A DNA stretch of 35,278 bases from Fidelibacterota bacterium CG1_02_48_14 (GCA_001872685.1 MNWS01000121.1:1-35278); one strand, 5' to 3'; counted from the stretch's first letter, positions 1 through 7,792 are shown. Numbers and translations: made by a program. The notes: generated by a model from the letters alone, not told the origin.

Positions 1-654
1 GAGTTTACCTTTCTTGCTGAGCGAATTCAATCCTTCAACATTACGGCGCCGAGTCAACCTGTTGGGTTCACCATTTATGCTCATAATATTGCGACAGAAT
101 CACTACTGAATATCGAACTAACATGGTCGCTAAATACAGAGTCAGATTTTGACCATTATAATCTTTATCGGGCGACAACCGGTAGTTTTCAACTAATCGA
201 ATCGAATTTGCTGGATTCGCTTTCTGGAACAAGTTACACGGATCTCGCAGTCGAAGTCGGAATCCATTATTACTACCGCTTGGTTGCCGTAGATAAGGGC
301 GGGTTACCGAGCTCACCATCTGTCATCGTGGATGATATCCCGCTGGCCGTACCTACATTACTGGGACCGATTGGTGGTGAGACTGCCACGAGTTCGAGAC
401 CGACGTTTACCTGGCAAAGATTAGAAGGTGCAGATGGTTATCAACTTTCCCTTCGCGAATCAGCTTACTCTGGAACAGTCTGGGAGACCAAAGTTGATCA
501 ACCCGCGACCGGCAATCCTCAAGTCACCTATCCCAGTTCAGCGCCGGCACTGAGTACCGGTGGGACCTATTACTGGCAGTTGGGAACCTACTCCCAATCT
601 GATCAGACCGAGGTTAACTCTTACAGCACGATCGCAAATTTTAAGATTCCATGA
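1..654 (+). CDS. Secreted/cell-surface protein with fibronectin type III-like repeats (3' part; gene enters from the left edge)
   Basis: Frame 1 has no stop codon from base 1 to the TGA at 652-654, so tracked ORF 208..654 is only the tail of a longer gene. The translation shows two FN3-like modules (..WSLNTESDFDHYNLYRA..YYYRLVAVDKGG.. and ..PTFTWQRLEGADGYQLSL..YYWQL..). Family call is by pattern recognition only. Confidence 0.6.
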   Translation, partial: EFTFLAERIQSFNITAPSQPVGFTIYAHNIATESLLNIELTWSLNTESDFDHYNLYRATTGSFQLIESNLLDSLSGTSYTDLAVEVGIHYYYRLVAVDKGGLPSSPSVIVDDIPLAVPTLLGPIGGETATSSRPTFTWQRLEGADGYQLSLRESAYSGTVWETKVDQPATGNPQVTYPSSAPALSTGGTYYWQLGTYSQSDQTEVNSYSTIANFKIP

Positions 655-686
655 TAGTTCAATATTGTTCTGAATGATCATAAAAT

Positions 687-717
687 GCCTCTGACCGAAA
701 TCAGAGGCATTTTTTTT
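687..717 (+). terminator. Rho-independent terminator after the FN3 gene
   Basis: Perfect 8-bp stem GCCTCTGA (687-694) / TCAGAGGC (701-708) with a 6-nt loop, followed by A plus a run of 8 T (710-717). It lies between convergent genes. The minus-strand side has only a weak U-tract (AUUUUA). Confidence 0.65.
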
Positions 718-752
718 AATTCGATTGAAAAATCCGGGCGAATTCACTTGAA

Positions 753-938
753 TTAGCGATCAGCCAGCAGTACGCCAGCTTTAGCCCAATTCTCCCGGCT
801 AACCTCTTCAATCACCACGGAGGTTGCTTCCGGAGGTTTGTTGGCGATGCGTTCAAGCAGGGCGGTTACTTCCCTGGCGATCTCGGCTTTTTGTTCTTTT
901 GTAAGTGTTCCGGCTACTTTGATGTTTACAAATGGCAT
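753..938 (-). CDS. 4-oxalocrotonate tautomerase family protein (61 aa)
   Basis: MPFVNIKVAG.LTKEQKAEIAREVT..: N-terminal Met-Pro (catalytic Pro1), about 60 aa long, and the beta-alpha-beta pattern typical of the tautomerase superfamily. Confidence 0.85.
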   Translation of the reverse strand: MPFVNIKVAGTLTKEQKAEIAREVTALLERIANKPPEATSVVIEEVSRENWAKAGVLLADR

Positions 939-961
939 GAAACCATTCCTTCTGACTCTGG

Positions 962-1555
962 TTAGTTTTTAGATTTGAGACGGTCTGAAACCATTCTGTG
1001 AAATTCACCACTATCGAATAATCTTTGAATATCCCTGCCGGGACATACTGTTTCCGTTGGTACCCAATCTTTGTGAGTCCGGATATTCTCAGGTGGGACG
1101 GCATATTTACGCGCTTTCTTTGCCGTGAATTTAACGAGGGATTCCATCTGTGAATTGCTCATTATTTGTTCTTCGTAATTACCCAAAACACAGATTATCA
1201 AATGATGGTTAACATCGTAAGAGGTGTTGGTGTCACCAGGCAAACCCGGATTTCGACCGTCATATATATTTCCGTCTAAGTCCAGGATGTAATGGTAGGG
1301 GAGATCAATCCAGGTTTTCTCGGCGCGGGACCATTTTTGAAGATTTTGGAGGTAGGCTTTCGGGTCTTTGCCCTGCTCAAACACGACGCCGGAATGGTGT
1401 ATCGTGATGTATTGAATGGTTTGACCTGAGTCCGTTGCGACGGGTGTGCCACCCCATTCAGCCTGAGATATTGAGCCGGTTGGCACCAGTGCACTGCAAC
1501 TGTCCAACAGGACATTCACGACGATCAATAAACCGATATTCATTCTTAAAAACAT
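962..1555 (-). CDS. N-acetylmuramoyl-L-alanine amidase / PGRP-like (Amidase_2) domain protein, secreted
   Basis: ITIHHSG.., ..LPYHYILDLDGNIYDGR.., ..GNYEEQ.., ..THKDW..TVCPGRD resemble the AmpD/PGRP zinc amidase pattern (His, His, Cys ligands). I prefer the ATG at 1555 (MFLRMNIGLLIVVNVLL.. signal-like N-terminus, GAGG 5 nt upstream) over the longest ORF start at 1642. Confidence 0.7.
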   Translation of the reverse strand: MFLRMNIGLLIVVNVLLDSCSALVPTGSISQAEWGGTPVATDSGQTIQYITIHHSGVVFEQGKDPKAYLQNLQKWSRAEKTWIDLPYHYILDLDGNIYDGRNPGLPGDTNTSYDVNHHLIICVLGNYEEQIMSNSQMESLVKFTAKKARKYAVPPENIRTHKDWVPTETVCPGRDIQRLFDSGEFHRMVSDRLKSKN

Positions 1556-1723
1556 GGGTACCTCAATTTCATTGTCTGGTCCGGAGATTCGTGGGGAATT
1601 TAGACGCCCGGACATGCTGGGTAAACGAGTAATTTCACGCACCGGGTTTCTCCTTGGAGCTAAACAGAGAGCCTGCTAGATTTGCCCGAATCACAAGCGA
1701 TGAAAATAGCGGAGGCAGAAAGA

Positions 1724-2989
1724 ATGGCGAAATCAGGCGCTCAAAAAAGCAATTTGATGAAGAGTATCGGACCTGGCCTTATCTGGGCGGGAGCGGCAAT
1801 TGGTGTTTCGCATTTAGTCCAATCGACCCGAGCCGGAGCCATTTACGGTTTCGGGTTAATTTGGGTTTTAATCGTAGCAAATTTATTCAAGTATCCCGCT
1901 TTTGAATTTGGTCCACGGTATGCCGCAGCCACTGGCGAAAGTTTGCTGGAAGGATACCAAAAACTGGGGAAATGGGCGCTGGTCATTTTCATTGTGATGA
2001 CATTTGGAACCATGTTTTCCATTCAGGCAGCCGTGACGGTTGTTGCCGCCGGACTGGCGGGCCAACTATTTGGCATTGCACTGACGCCCGCGATCTGGAG
2101 TGCCATTTTACTCGGCTTTTGCATGGTAGTGTTAATGGTTGGGCGCTACCCGCTGTTGGATATGCTCACCAAAATTATCATCGTGATTTTAGCAATTTCT
2201 ACGATTGTGGCGGTTGTGGCAGCATTTTCACACGGAGCGACAGAACATCCAAACTTTCAGCGACCAGCAGTCTGGACAGTTTCGGGTGTCGCATTTTTGG
2301 TGGCGGTGATGGGGTGGATGCCATCTGCGATTGACATTAGTGTATGGAATTCACTATGGACGCTTGAGCGTAAGAGGCAAACCGGCCATGCTCCCACCAT
2401 ACGGGAATCCGGGATTGACTTTAACATCGGTTATATTGGTGCAGCGCTGCTGTCACTGGGCTTTTTGTCCCTGGGAGCTTTGGTGATGTATGGCTCCGGG
2501 GAGGTTTTCTCATCTGCCGGAATTGCATTTGCGGGTCAATTCGTAGGACTTTACACCCAAAGTTTGGGTGAATGGAGCCGGCCGCTGATTCTAATCGCCG
2601 GATTTACCACCATGTTTTCTACGGTCCTGGCAGTCACGGATGCCTTTCCCCGGGTTTTACGCCGTACCACCGAACTCGTATTTCCAACCGTGAAAACCAC
2701 AATCACGGATGACAGATTATATTGGATATGGATGATCGTAGTTGCAGGGGGTGGCCTCATTCTCATCAGTTGGTTGTCCGGGAGTATGACCATGATGGTT
2801 GATATTGCGACGACTTTATCCTTTCTGACAGCGCCGGTTTTGGCCTTTATGAATCATCGCGTCATTACCAGCAGCCATGTTCCGCTGGAGGCGCAACCCC
2901 CACGCTGGCTGCGTTACCTCAGCATTGCCGGGATCACATTTTTAACGGGTTTTGGCTTGCTTTTTCTTGTGTGGAGATTTGTAATCTAA
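1724..2989 (+). CDS. NRAMP-fold (MntH-like) transporter, non-canonical metal-site motif
   Basis: IGPGLIWAGAAIGVSHLVQSTRAGAIYGFGLIWVLIVANL aligns by eye with MntH TM1 (..GPG....GY.DPGN..T...AGA.FGY.LLWV..). The protein is polytopic and about 420 aa. The ATG at 1724 has GGAGG 8 nt upstream; alternative in-frame starts are TTG 1682 and ATG 1700. Confidence 0.7.
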   Translation: MAKSGAQKSNLMKSIGPGLIWAGAAIGVSHLVQSTRAGAIYGFGLIWVLIVANLFKYPAFEFGPRYAAATGESLLEGYQKLGKWALVIFIVMTFGTMFSIQAAVTVVAAGLAGQLFGIALTPAIWSAILLGFCMVVLMVGRYPLLDMLTKIIIVILAISTIVAVVAAFSHGATEHPNFQRPAVWTVSGVAFLVAVMGWMPSAIDISVWNSLWTLERKRQTGHAPTIRESGIDFNIGYIGAALLSLGFLSLGALVMYGSGEVFSSAGIAFAGQFVGLYTQSLGEWSRPLILIAGFTTMFSTVLAVTDAFPRVLRRTTELVFPTVKTTITDDRLYWIWMIVVAGGGLILISWLSGSMTMMVDIATTLSFLTAPVLAFMNHRVITSSHVPLEAQPPRWLRYLSIAGITFLTGFGLLFLVWRFVI

Positions 2990-2998
2990 GAAAAACTC

Positions 2999-3028
2999 GA
3001 GTACGAGAACGAGCACGAGAATGAGTAC
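2999..3028 (+). repeat. Degenerate hexanucleotide repeat (GAG-NAC)x5
   Basis: gag tac gag aac gag cac gag aat gag tac, read directly from the sequence. It begins 10 nt after the transporter stop codon (TAA 2987-2989) and is in the same reading frame. Confidence 0.7.
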
Positions 3029-3110
3029 GCGCGGACGGTTGAAGAATTGAGTAACCGTGAAGCGCTCTTTTAAAAAATCTTCAGTTTCTCGACAGATATT
3101 TTGAAAAAGA

Positions 3111-3764
3111 CTACTTTTTCTTCTTGAAAATCATTGCCTTTTCAAAGCGGTTTTCCGTTCCGGCCATAATTCGCCCCACATTGCTGCGATGCGTGAAAAT
3201 GATGAATATGGGTATGAAAACGGAAAAAATGAGCAGGGTTTGAGAAACGGGATGACCTGCAAATAGTTTCAGTAAAACCAGAATGATCGGCAACGATGTT
3301 GCCGCCAATATACTACCCAAAGACACCATCCCTGTGAAAAGCAAAGTTAAAATAAAGATGGCAATACAAATGGGGACCGCGATGGGAAATAATGCGATCA
3401 ATAAACCAGCCGCGGTACCGACTCCTTTGCCACCTTTAAAATGTGCGAAAATCGTGTAGGTATGACCCAGGACAGCGGCAAATCCGGCCAGAATCATGAG
3501 TGCATCAATATTTCCTGATAATGCAATCCCCTTGATTACGTGATTCCCCACATACCAGGCTGGCAGCCACCCCTTGAACACATCGACCAGCATGACAAAC
3601 AGAGCAGGCTTCCAGCCAAAGGTTCGAAATACATTGGTCGCCCCAGCGTTTTTTGAACCGTGCTCCCGAATATCGGACTTGTAAAATAGCCTGGAGACGA
3701 TAATACTCGTCGGTGTGGAACCAATCACATAACTGATCAACAGGACTACCAATAGGGTGGTCAT
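3111..3764 (-). CDS. plsY: Glycerol-3-phosphate acyltransferase PlsY (acyl-phosphate dependent)
   Basis: GSKNAGATNVFR motif, about 215 aa, multi-pass membrane protein. AAGGAG lies 5 nt upstream of the ATG. Confidence 0.9.
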   Translation of the reverse strand: MTTLLVVLLISYVIGSTPTSIIVSRLFYKSDIREHGSKNAGATNVFRTFGWKPALFVMLVDVFKGWLPAWYVGNHVIKGIALSGNIDALMILAGFAAVLGHTYTIFAHFKGGKGVGTAAGLLIALFPIAVPICIAIFILTLLFTGMVSLGSILAATSLPIILVLLKLFAGHPVSQTLLIFSVFIPIFIIFTHRSNVGRIMAGTENRFEKAMIFKKKK

Positions 3765-3805
3765 GATAACTCCTTAAACGCTAATTACAGTTGAAATTTC
3801 AATCA

Positions 3806-5593
3806 CTAAACAAATTGTACGGCCACGCCCAGTGCCTTTCGGCCAGCATGCACACCGAGCGCCGGCCCCACCGTGCTCATGTAAATTTCCGCCTGAGGGA
3901 ATCTCTGATTCAAGGTCATTTTTGCTGCTTCAGCGGCTTCAGGATTGACCGCATGCACGATCCCGATGCGTTTGACTTCCCGATTTCCGATTTTCTTGAT
4001 GACCAGTTTGACAAATTTCTCAAATTTATGTCGTCGTCCAAATGTCACGCCTGCAGACCCGACGAAGCCGGTTTTATTCATGGTTAAAACGGGATTGAGA
4101 TGGAGTGCTTCGATGAGTTTTTTCTTTTTATCTGTAACACGGCCACCACGGAGAATCGCATCCATGGAGTCCAGACCGACATAAACATCGGTTTTTTGCG
4201 TCGCCTCATTTGTCCGGCGTACCACATTTTCAAAGGATTCCCCAGCTTCAATCGCTTCCCCAGCTTCAATGACCACCAGACCCGTACCGATTGAGAGACT
4301 AAGGCCATCCACCGCAACCTTGTTCGCGACCTGAATCTCCTTGAATCCGGCTTCGATACCCTGAATGGTACCGGAAGAATTGCGAGGGACATTAATGGAA
4401 ATGATGCTGCTGTAGTGGGAAGCTAAAAATTTCAGCAGCCGTTTAATGTCCCCCAGTGGTGGCTGGGATGTCTTGGGATGGAATTTGTCCGTCAGTAGTC
4501 GCTGGTAAAATTCTTCCTCAGAGATCGTTATTTTGTCGATGAATTCTTCATCCCCAAAATTGAGTCGCACCGGAATGATGTGGACATGGAACCGGTCAAA
4601 TATTTCTGGCGGCAAGTCGCAGGTGGAATCTACAACCAGCGCAATTGTCTTCGGATCGGTAGCGGCACGGTGCTGGACACGCATGTCATCAACTTTCTGT
4701 TGGGACACCTGTCCCAAACTTTTCAGTCGCCCAAAAACTTGTCCGGGTTGGTTGGTATGAAGGTGAATTTTTATGTGTTGGGAGGAACCCGCGACGACGA
4801 CACTATCCCCGTGCTGTTCCAGTTCATGCATGACCGTTTGCCGATTCAGATTCGCGCCGGTCATCACGCATTCCGTGCAAAATGGATAGTCGAGATTAAG
4901 CGTCTCCGGATGAAGGTCTTCATTTCCTGCCGGGTCAATTGGCAGCGATTCGAGTTTATGTGTCTCACGCAGGTTGCCGTGTTGCATGAAATGGAATATA
5001 CCCTCTAAAATGTCTACGAAACCCTGTCCCGCGGCATCAACCACGCCTGCCTTTTTCAGTACCGGAAGTTGTTCGGGCGTGTATTTGAGGGCGGCTTTCG
5101 CCTCGTGTAATGCCGATTCCATCAGACTCAGATAATCGCGATAGTGACCTGCTTTTTCCCGGAGACAGGTTGACCAGGATTTGATTACGGAGAGAATCGT
5201 GCCTTCCCTGGGATGGGATAATGCCAGATAGGCACTTTGACTGGCCATGGCCGTCGCTTCGGCGAATTGGGTTGTTGACAGTTTGGCTTTTCCGGCGACC
5301 GCCTCAGCGAAACCCTGAAAAAATTGGGCTAGAATGGCACCGGAATTACCCCGGGCGTTGTCAATTGCAGCGTTGGCGACCTCCTGACTGAGCTCACCTA
5401 AGGGCAGGTACAAATGGGTCTGCATGCGTTCCGCAATACCCATAAGCGTGTAGGCCATGTTGGTGCCGGTATCGCCATCCGGAACCGGGAAAACATTGAT
5501 TTTATTCAAATAATCCTGGTTGTCGAGAATATTCTGAATTCCAGCGTAAAGTACACGGTACAGTCTGCGTCCATCCAGATAAGCAATTTTCAT
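3806..5593 (-). CDS. Dak2 (FakA-like N-terminal and middle domains) fused to a DegV/FakB-like fatty-acid-binding domain
   Basis: Residues about 1-310 carry NVFPVPDGDTGTNM (Dak2/YloV ATP-binding motif), YPFCTECVM, HIKIHLHTNQPG and KVDDMRVQH, as in YloV/FakA. Residues from about 317 (nt 3806-4645) carry IALVVDSTCDLPPEIFDRFHVHIIPVRLNFGDEEFID, a DegV-family signature. Confidence 0.8.
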   Translation of the reverse strand: MKIAYLDGRRLYRVLYAGIQNILDNQDYLNKINVFPVPDGDTGTNMAYTLMGIAERMQTHLYLPLGELSQEVANAAIDNARGNSGAILAQFFQGFAEAVAGKAKLSTTQFAEATAMASQSAYLALSHPREGTILSVIKSWSTCLREKAGHYRDYLSLMESALHEAKAALKYTPEQLPVLKKAGVVDAAGQGFVDILEGIFHFMQHGNLRETHKLESLPIDPAGNEDLHPETLNLDYPFCTECVMTGANLNRQTVMHELEQHGDSVVVAGSSQHIKIHLHTNQPGQVFGRLKSLGQVSQQKVDDMRVQHRAATDPKTIALVVDSTCDLPPEIFDRFHVHIIPVRLNFGDEEFIDKITISEEEFYQRLLTDKFHPKTSQPPLGDIKRLLKFLASHYSSIISINVPRNSSGTIQGIEAGFKEIQVANKVAVDGLSLSIGTGLVVIEAGEAIEAGESFENVVRRTNEATQKTDVYVGLDSMDAILRGGRVTDKKKKLIEALHLNPVLTMNKTGFVGSAGVTFGRRHKFEKFVKLVIKKIGNREVKRIGIVHAVNPEAAEAAKMTLNQRFPQAEIYMSTVGPALGVHAGRKALGVAVQFV

Positions 5594-5615
5594 CTATTTC
5601 TCCGATTGAGGGGGT

Positions 5616-5643
5616 AGTATACGATTAAATATCACTGCAACAA
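5616..5643 (-). promoter_or_regulatory. Candidate sigma70-type promoter for the fak-plsY operon
   Basis: On the minus strand: TTGTTG (5643-5638), 16-nt spacer, TATACT (5621-5616), about 22 nt upstream of the ATG at 5593, with GGAG in between. Motif match only. Confidence 0.25.
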
Positions 5644-5749
5644 AACCGGATTCATGAGAGAATTTAACCTGAATAAATTTGGGAAAAGCATAGACCTCAA
5701 AAAATATATTTTCTATATTCGCCAGCGTTGCAGAACTCCGGTACGCTTT

Positions 5750-5778
5750 TTGAAGACAACCTTGCCGTCAGCTAATGT
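5750..5778 (+). promoter_or_regulatory. Candidate promoter for the ferredoxin gene
   Basis: TTGAAG (5750-5755), 17-nt spacer, TAATGT (5773-5778). An alternative is TAGACC (5691-5696), 17 nt, TATATT (5714-5719). Motif match only. Confidence 0.25.
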
Positions 5779-5797
5779 GCGCGGATGCTTTAGCTGT

Positions 5798-5823
5798 AGG
5801 ATCGTTGAAATTCAAGGAATCCT
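5798..5823 (+). promoter_or_regulatory. 26-nt imperfect palindrome in the ferredoxin leader (operator or 5'-UTR hairpin candidate)
   Basis: AGGAT-CG-TTGAA-A-TTCAA-GGA-ATCCT: two 5-bp arms on each side with an internal asymmetry. It ends 29 nt upstream of the ATG at 5853. Confidence 0.3.
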
Positions 5824-5852
5824 GACCAGAGAAAAATATAACAGGAGGCAAA

Positions 5853-6095
5853 ATGTCCTTAACCATTACTGAAGAATGCATCAACTGTGGTGCCTGTGAG
5901 CCCGAATGCCCGAATGAAGCAATTTATGAAGGCGAAGAGATTTACGAAATCGATCCGGAAAAATGTACTGAATGCAAAGGCCACTTCGACGAATCCCAAT
6001 GCGTAGAGGTTTGTCCGGTTGATTGTATTCCTGTCGGCAAAGTAGAGTCTGAAGAAGTTTTAATGGAGCGTTACCATCGTTTGACTGGCAAATAA
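5853..6095 (+). CDS. YfhL-type 2x[4Fe-4S] dicluster ferredoxin (80 aa)
   Basis: [12 protein letters not shown] ... CTEC.(8 residues).CVEVCP cysteine pattern. AGGAGG lies upstream of the ATG. Confidence 0.85.
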   Translation: MSLTITEECINCGACEPECPNEAIYEGEEIYEIDPEKCTECKGHFDESQCVEVCPVDCIPVGKVESEEVLMERYHRLTGK

Positions 6096-6121
6096 GCACC
6101 GCTTCAACAAATCTATTTAAA

Positions 6122-6155
6122 AGCCCTGGTAATTTTTTCTTACCGGGGCTTTTTT
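6122..6155 (+). terminator. Rho-independent terminator after the ferredoxin gene
   Basis: 11-bp stem AGCCCTGGTAA / TTACCGGGGCT (one G-U pair), a T-rich loop, then a T-run (6150-6155). Confidence 0.7.
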
Positions 6156-6234
6156 GCGTTCTCAAAGCTGAGGAAAGTTTTTCTACAATGACCATCCAGC
6201 CCCTCGACGCCATTTTTTTCAATCGGTTTTGAAC

Positions 6235-6263
6235 TTCAATTCCCACGAGCCGTCGTCTATATT
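6235..6263 (+). promoter_or_regulatory. Candidate promoter for mrp/apbC
   Basis: TTCAAT (6235-6240), 17-nt spacer, TATATT (6258-6263). The -10 region CGTCTATATT is identical to the one upstream of uppS. Confidence 0.3.
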
Positions 6264-6301
6264 CGGGTCGAAAATGAAATACACATGCGAGGAGCAAAAT
6301 T

Positions 6302-7348
6302 TTGAATAAAGAACAAGTCCTGAAGCTATTAGAGGATGTGAAATATCCCGGTTTCAGTCGAAATATTGTGTCATTCGGAATGATACGGAACCTATTTATT
6401 GATGACAACTCGGCCAAAGTGGAATTGAACATCACATCCGCTGATGACACCATTAAATCCCAAATTATGCAAAATGTTGAATCCAAATTGCGTGATGCTG
6501 GATTCCAGACGGTCAGCGTTTTGATCACTGGTGAAGAACTAACCGGACAGCCTGCTGCGGCGAGTTCGCAAATGGCTGAACAGGGATTATTGCCATCCGT
6601 GAAATACACAATCGCCGTTGCCAGCGGTAAAGGTGGTGTTGGGAAATCCACCGTCGCAGCAAATCTGGCGGCGGCATTGATGACCCAAGGGTATCATGTT
6701 GGATTGCTCGATTTGGATGTTTACGGTCCAAGTTTACCCATGACCATGGGTGTTTCAGAAGTTCCCAAAGTTTTACCGGGAAACAAACTCCTGCCCATTA
6801 AAAAGTATGGCATGGAGCTCATGTCCTTCGGGTTTATCCTGGGTGATGACTCCCCCGTAATTTGGCGTGGTCCCATGGTGGCAAAACTTGTCACGCAGTT
6901 TTTGAACGATGTACAGTGGGGTGATTTGGATTTTCTGATCATGGACCTGCCCCCCGGCACGGGCGATGTCCAATTGACCCTGGTTCAAAAATTAGCACTC
7001 ACGGGTGCAATCATCGTCACCACCCCTCAGGACTTGGCCTTGTTAGATGTCCAGCGCGGTGCGAATATGTTCAGTAAGGTGAACACCCCCGTGCTGGGTA
7101 TCATTGAGAACATGAGTTATTATGTCTGTGTGAATTGTGGGCACCATGCAGAAATATTTTCCAAGGGTGGTGGTGAACGCGAAAGTCAGCGGATGAATGT
7201 ACCACTACTGGGGCGCATACCTTTGAATGAGATGGTCATGCAGGCTGGCGAAGATGGGGAGCCACTGGCGATTCACCATGGCGATTCTGAAATTGCTCAG
7301 GAATTTGGTCGAATTGCTGACCAGATAACGCAGATGGTTATTCGATAA
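6302..7348 (+). CDS. apbC: Fe-S cluster carrier ATPase Mrp/ApbC (NBP35 family)
   Basis: VASGKGGVGKST deviant Walker A, an N-terminal DUF59-like module, and a CVNCGH cysteine pair. TTG start with GAGGAG 7 nt upstream. Confidence 0.9.
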   Translation: MNKEQVLKLLEDVKYPGFSRNIVSFGMIRNLFIDDNSAKVELNITSADDTIKSQIMQNVESKLRDAGFQTVSVLITGEELTGQPAAASSQMAEQGLLPSVKYTIAVASGKGGVGKSTVAANLAAALMTQGYHVGLLDLDVYGPSLPMTMGVSEVPKVLPGNKLLPIKKYGMELMSFGFILGDDSPVIWRGPMVAKLVTQFLNDVQWGDLDFLIMDLPPGTGDVQLTLVQKLALTGAIIVTTPQDLALLDVQRGANMFSKVNTPVLGIIENMSYYVCVNCGHHAEIFSKGGGERESQRMNVPLLGRIPLNEMVMQAGEDGEPLAIHHGDSEIAQEFGRIADQITQMVIR

Positions 7349-7393
7349 GATGATTTTTCATACAACGTCCGCAAAATTAGTCGAGGTCAAATA

Positions 7394-7693
7394 ATGGTAT
7401 CTGAAATAATGGTAATGGAAGCATTAAAGCAATGTTTCGACCCTGAAATTCCTGTTAATGTGGTTGATCTGGGTTTGATCTATAGTGTCCAGATTGAGGG
7501 TAGTAACGTTGACATCCAAATGACGCTGACGGCTAAAGGTTGTCCCATGTCCTCCTATATCAGCGAAGACGCCCAATCGAAAGTTTTGGCCGTAGACGGA
7601 GTGGAACATGTTCAGGTGAATATCGTCTGGGAACCCCGTTGGTCTCCAGATATGATCACACTGGAAGGTCGCCGTAAACTGGGGATGGAATAA
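7394..7693 (+). CDS. DUF59 / SufT-like Fe-S assembly protein (99 aa)
   Basis: FDPEIPVNVVDLGLIY...MTLTAKGCPM is typical of the DUF59 (MIP18/PaaD-like) family. GAGG lies 7 nt upstream. Confidence 0.8.
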   Translation: MVSEIMVMEALKQCFDPEIPVNVVDLGLIYSVQIEGSNVDIQMTLTAKGCPMSSYISEDAQSKVLAVDGVEHVQVNIVWEPRWSPDMITLEGRRKLGME

Positions 7694-7730
7694 GCTGGAT
7701 TTGAGGGGCAGACTCACCCCGCCAACTCGC

Positions 7731-7759
7731 TTGACAGGGGATGAGCCTGCGTCTATATT
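7731..7759 (+). promoter_or_regulatory. Near-consensus sigma70-type promoter ahead of the uppS-led envelope block
   Basis: TTGACA (7731-7736), exactly 17 nt, TATATT (7754-7759), 33 nt upstream of the uppS ATG. Motif match only. Confidence 0.5.
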
Positions 7760-7792
7760 GCCGCGCTTTTGGGCACAGCTAAATAAGAACGA

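Noticed and set aside
1556-1723. Possible metal-sensing riboswitch or regulator site ahead of the NRAMP-like gene
   Set aside because: The divergent spacer is short and I could not trace the conserved four-way junction or paired helices of the yybP-ykoY Mn riboswitch. I also saw no clear palindromic MntR/Fur-like box.
5779-5830. Possible tRNA or small structured RNA (GCGCGGATGCTTTAGCTGTAGGATCG...GGAATCCTGACC)
   Set aside because: It superficially resembles tRNA D-arm and T-arm strings. However, the segment is too short, I could fold no 7-bp acceptor stem or anticodon arm, and the T-loop consensus (GTTCGAATC) is not present.
5654-5872. 72-aa plus-strand ORF in the fak/ferredoxin divergent intergenic region
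   Set aside because: It is very basic and low-complexity, has no ribosome-binding site, overlaps the ferredoxin start and its SD, and covers the candidate promoters. This region is more plausibly non-coding regulatory DNA.
5881-6651. 256-aa minus-strand ORF
   Set aside because: It is antisense to the confidently assigned ferredoxin and mrp genes and runs straight through the ferredoxin terminator and mrp promoter region. The translation is low-complexity with no recognisable motif, so I treat it as a chance open frame.
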